Source: Gemmatimonadota bacterium (lineage in GTDB: Bacteria > Gemmatimonadota > Gemmatimonadetes > Longimicrobiales > Gaopeijiaceae). Taken from it: DNA of 24,359 nt. The notes beneath the pieces are model-generated. The model saw only the letters and a program-made list of their open reading frames with translations. It ran no database searches and was not told where the DNA came from. The translations under genes and the position numbers were made by a program. Where the stretch lies: positions 1 through 24,359 of the forward strand of contig JBDHHQ010000070.1 of the NCBI GenBank assembly GCA_039589315.1. The letters run 5' to 3'. Below are positions 24,240 to 24,359 of this stretch, piece after piece (position 1 is the stretch's first letter; the number at the start of each line of letters is the position of its first letter).

Positions 24240-24359
24240 GGCCGCCCTTCGGCCGGTCGGTGGCCACGGCGTCGGGTGGGATGCTGGCCACGCGGGCTCG
24301 TTCCAGGGTGCGCTCAGGCGATACGCTCAATCGTGCGGCTCGAGGGGCCGCAACCTGAC

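Noticed and set aside
24240..24359. Short GC hairpins after the last gene as a terminator or ncRNA
   Set aside because: Stems are short, lack a U-tract and match no RNA family I recognise; the region is cut by the window edge.

Overview
GC-rich bacterial chromosomal segment. Gene content (PadR plus orphan duplicated permease, Ser/Thr kinase with Ig-like and PEGA-like domains, RCC1 lipoprotein, DUF2911, DUF885) suggests Gemmatimonadota or a similar lineage; this is inference only. Left to right: (1) a minus-strand cluster of a membrane Ser/Thr kinase, a secreted PEGA-like/trypsin-fold protein lacking all three catalytic residues, and a lipoprotein with FN3/IPT/RCC1 repeats. The lipoprotein runs off the left edge, is missing from the ORF track, and appears to start at ATA. 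(2) A divergent PadR-family regulator and ADOP-type permease behind a perfect TTGACA-17-TATAAT promoter that contains a palindromic operator candidate. (3) A minus-strand cassette of four proteins without signal peptides: a peptidoglycan-binding protein, a 277-aa protein resembling eukaryotic FAM78 by motif order, a PG-binding/M35-like metallopeptidase and a beta-repeat protein. It lies directly downstream of a signal-peptide-bearing FAH-family gene. (4) A DUF2911 protein with a terminator and a divergent FAD-dependent oxidoreductase. (5) A phoD-tctC-ThDP enzyme-tctB-tctA run. (6) A DUF885-like lipoprotein gene broken by a frameshift. No rRNA, tRNA, CRISPR array or mobile element was recognised. 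The best candidates for an undescribed system are the 9445-12343 cassette and the 1-5949 kinase module. All family calls come from motif reading, not database searches.
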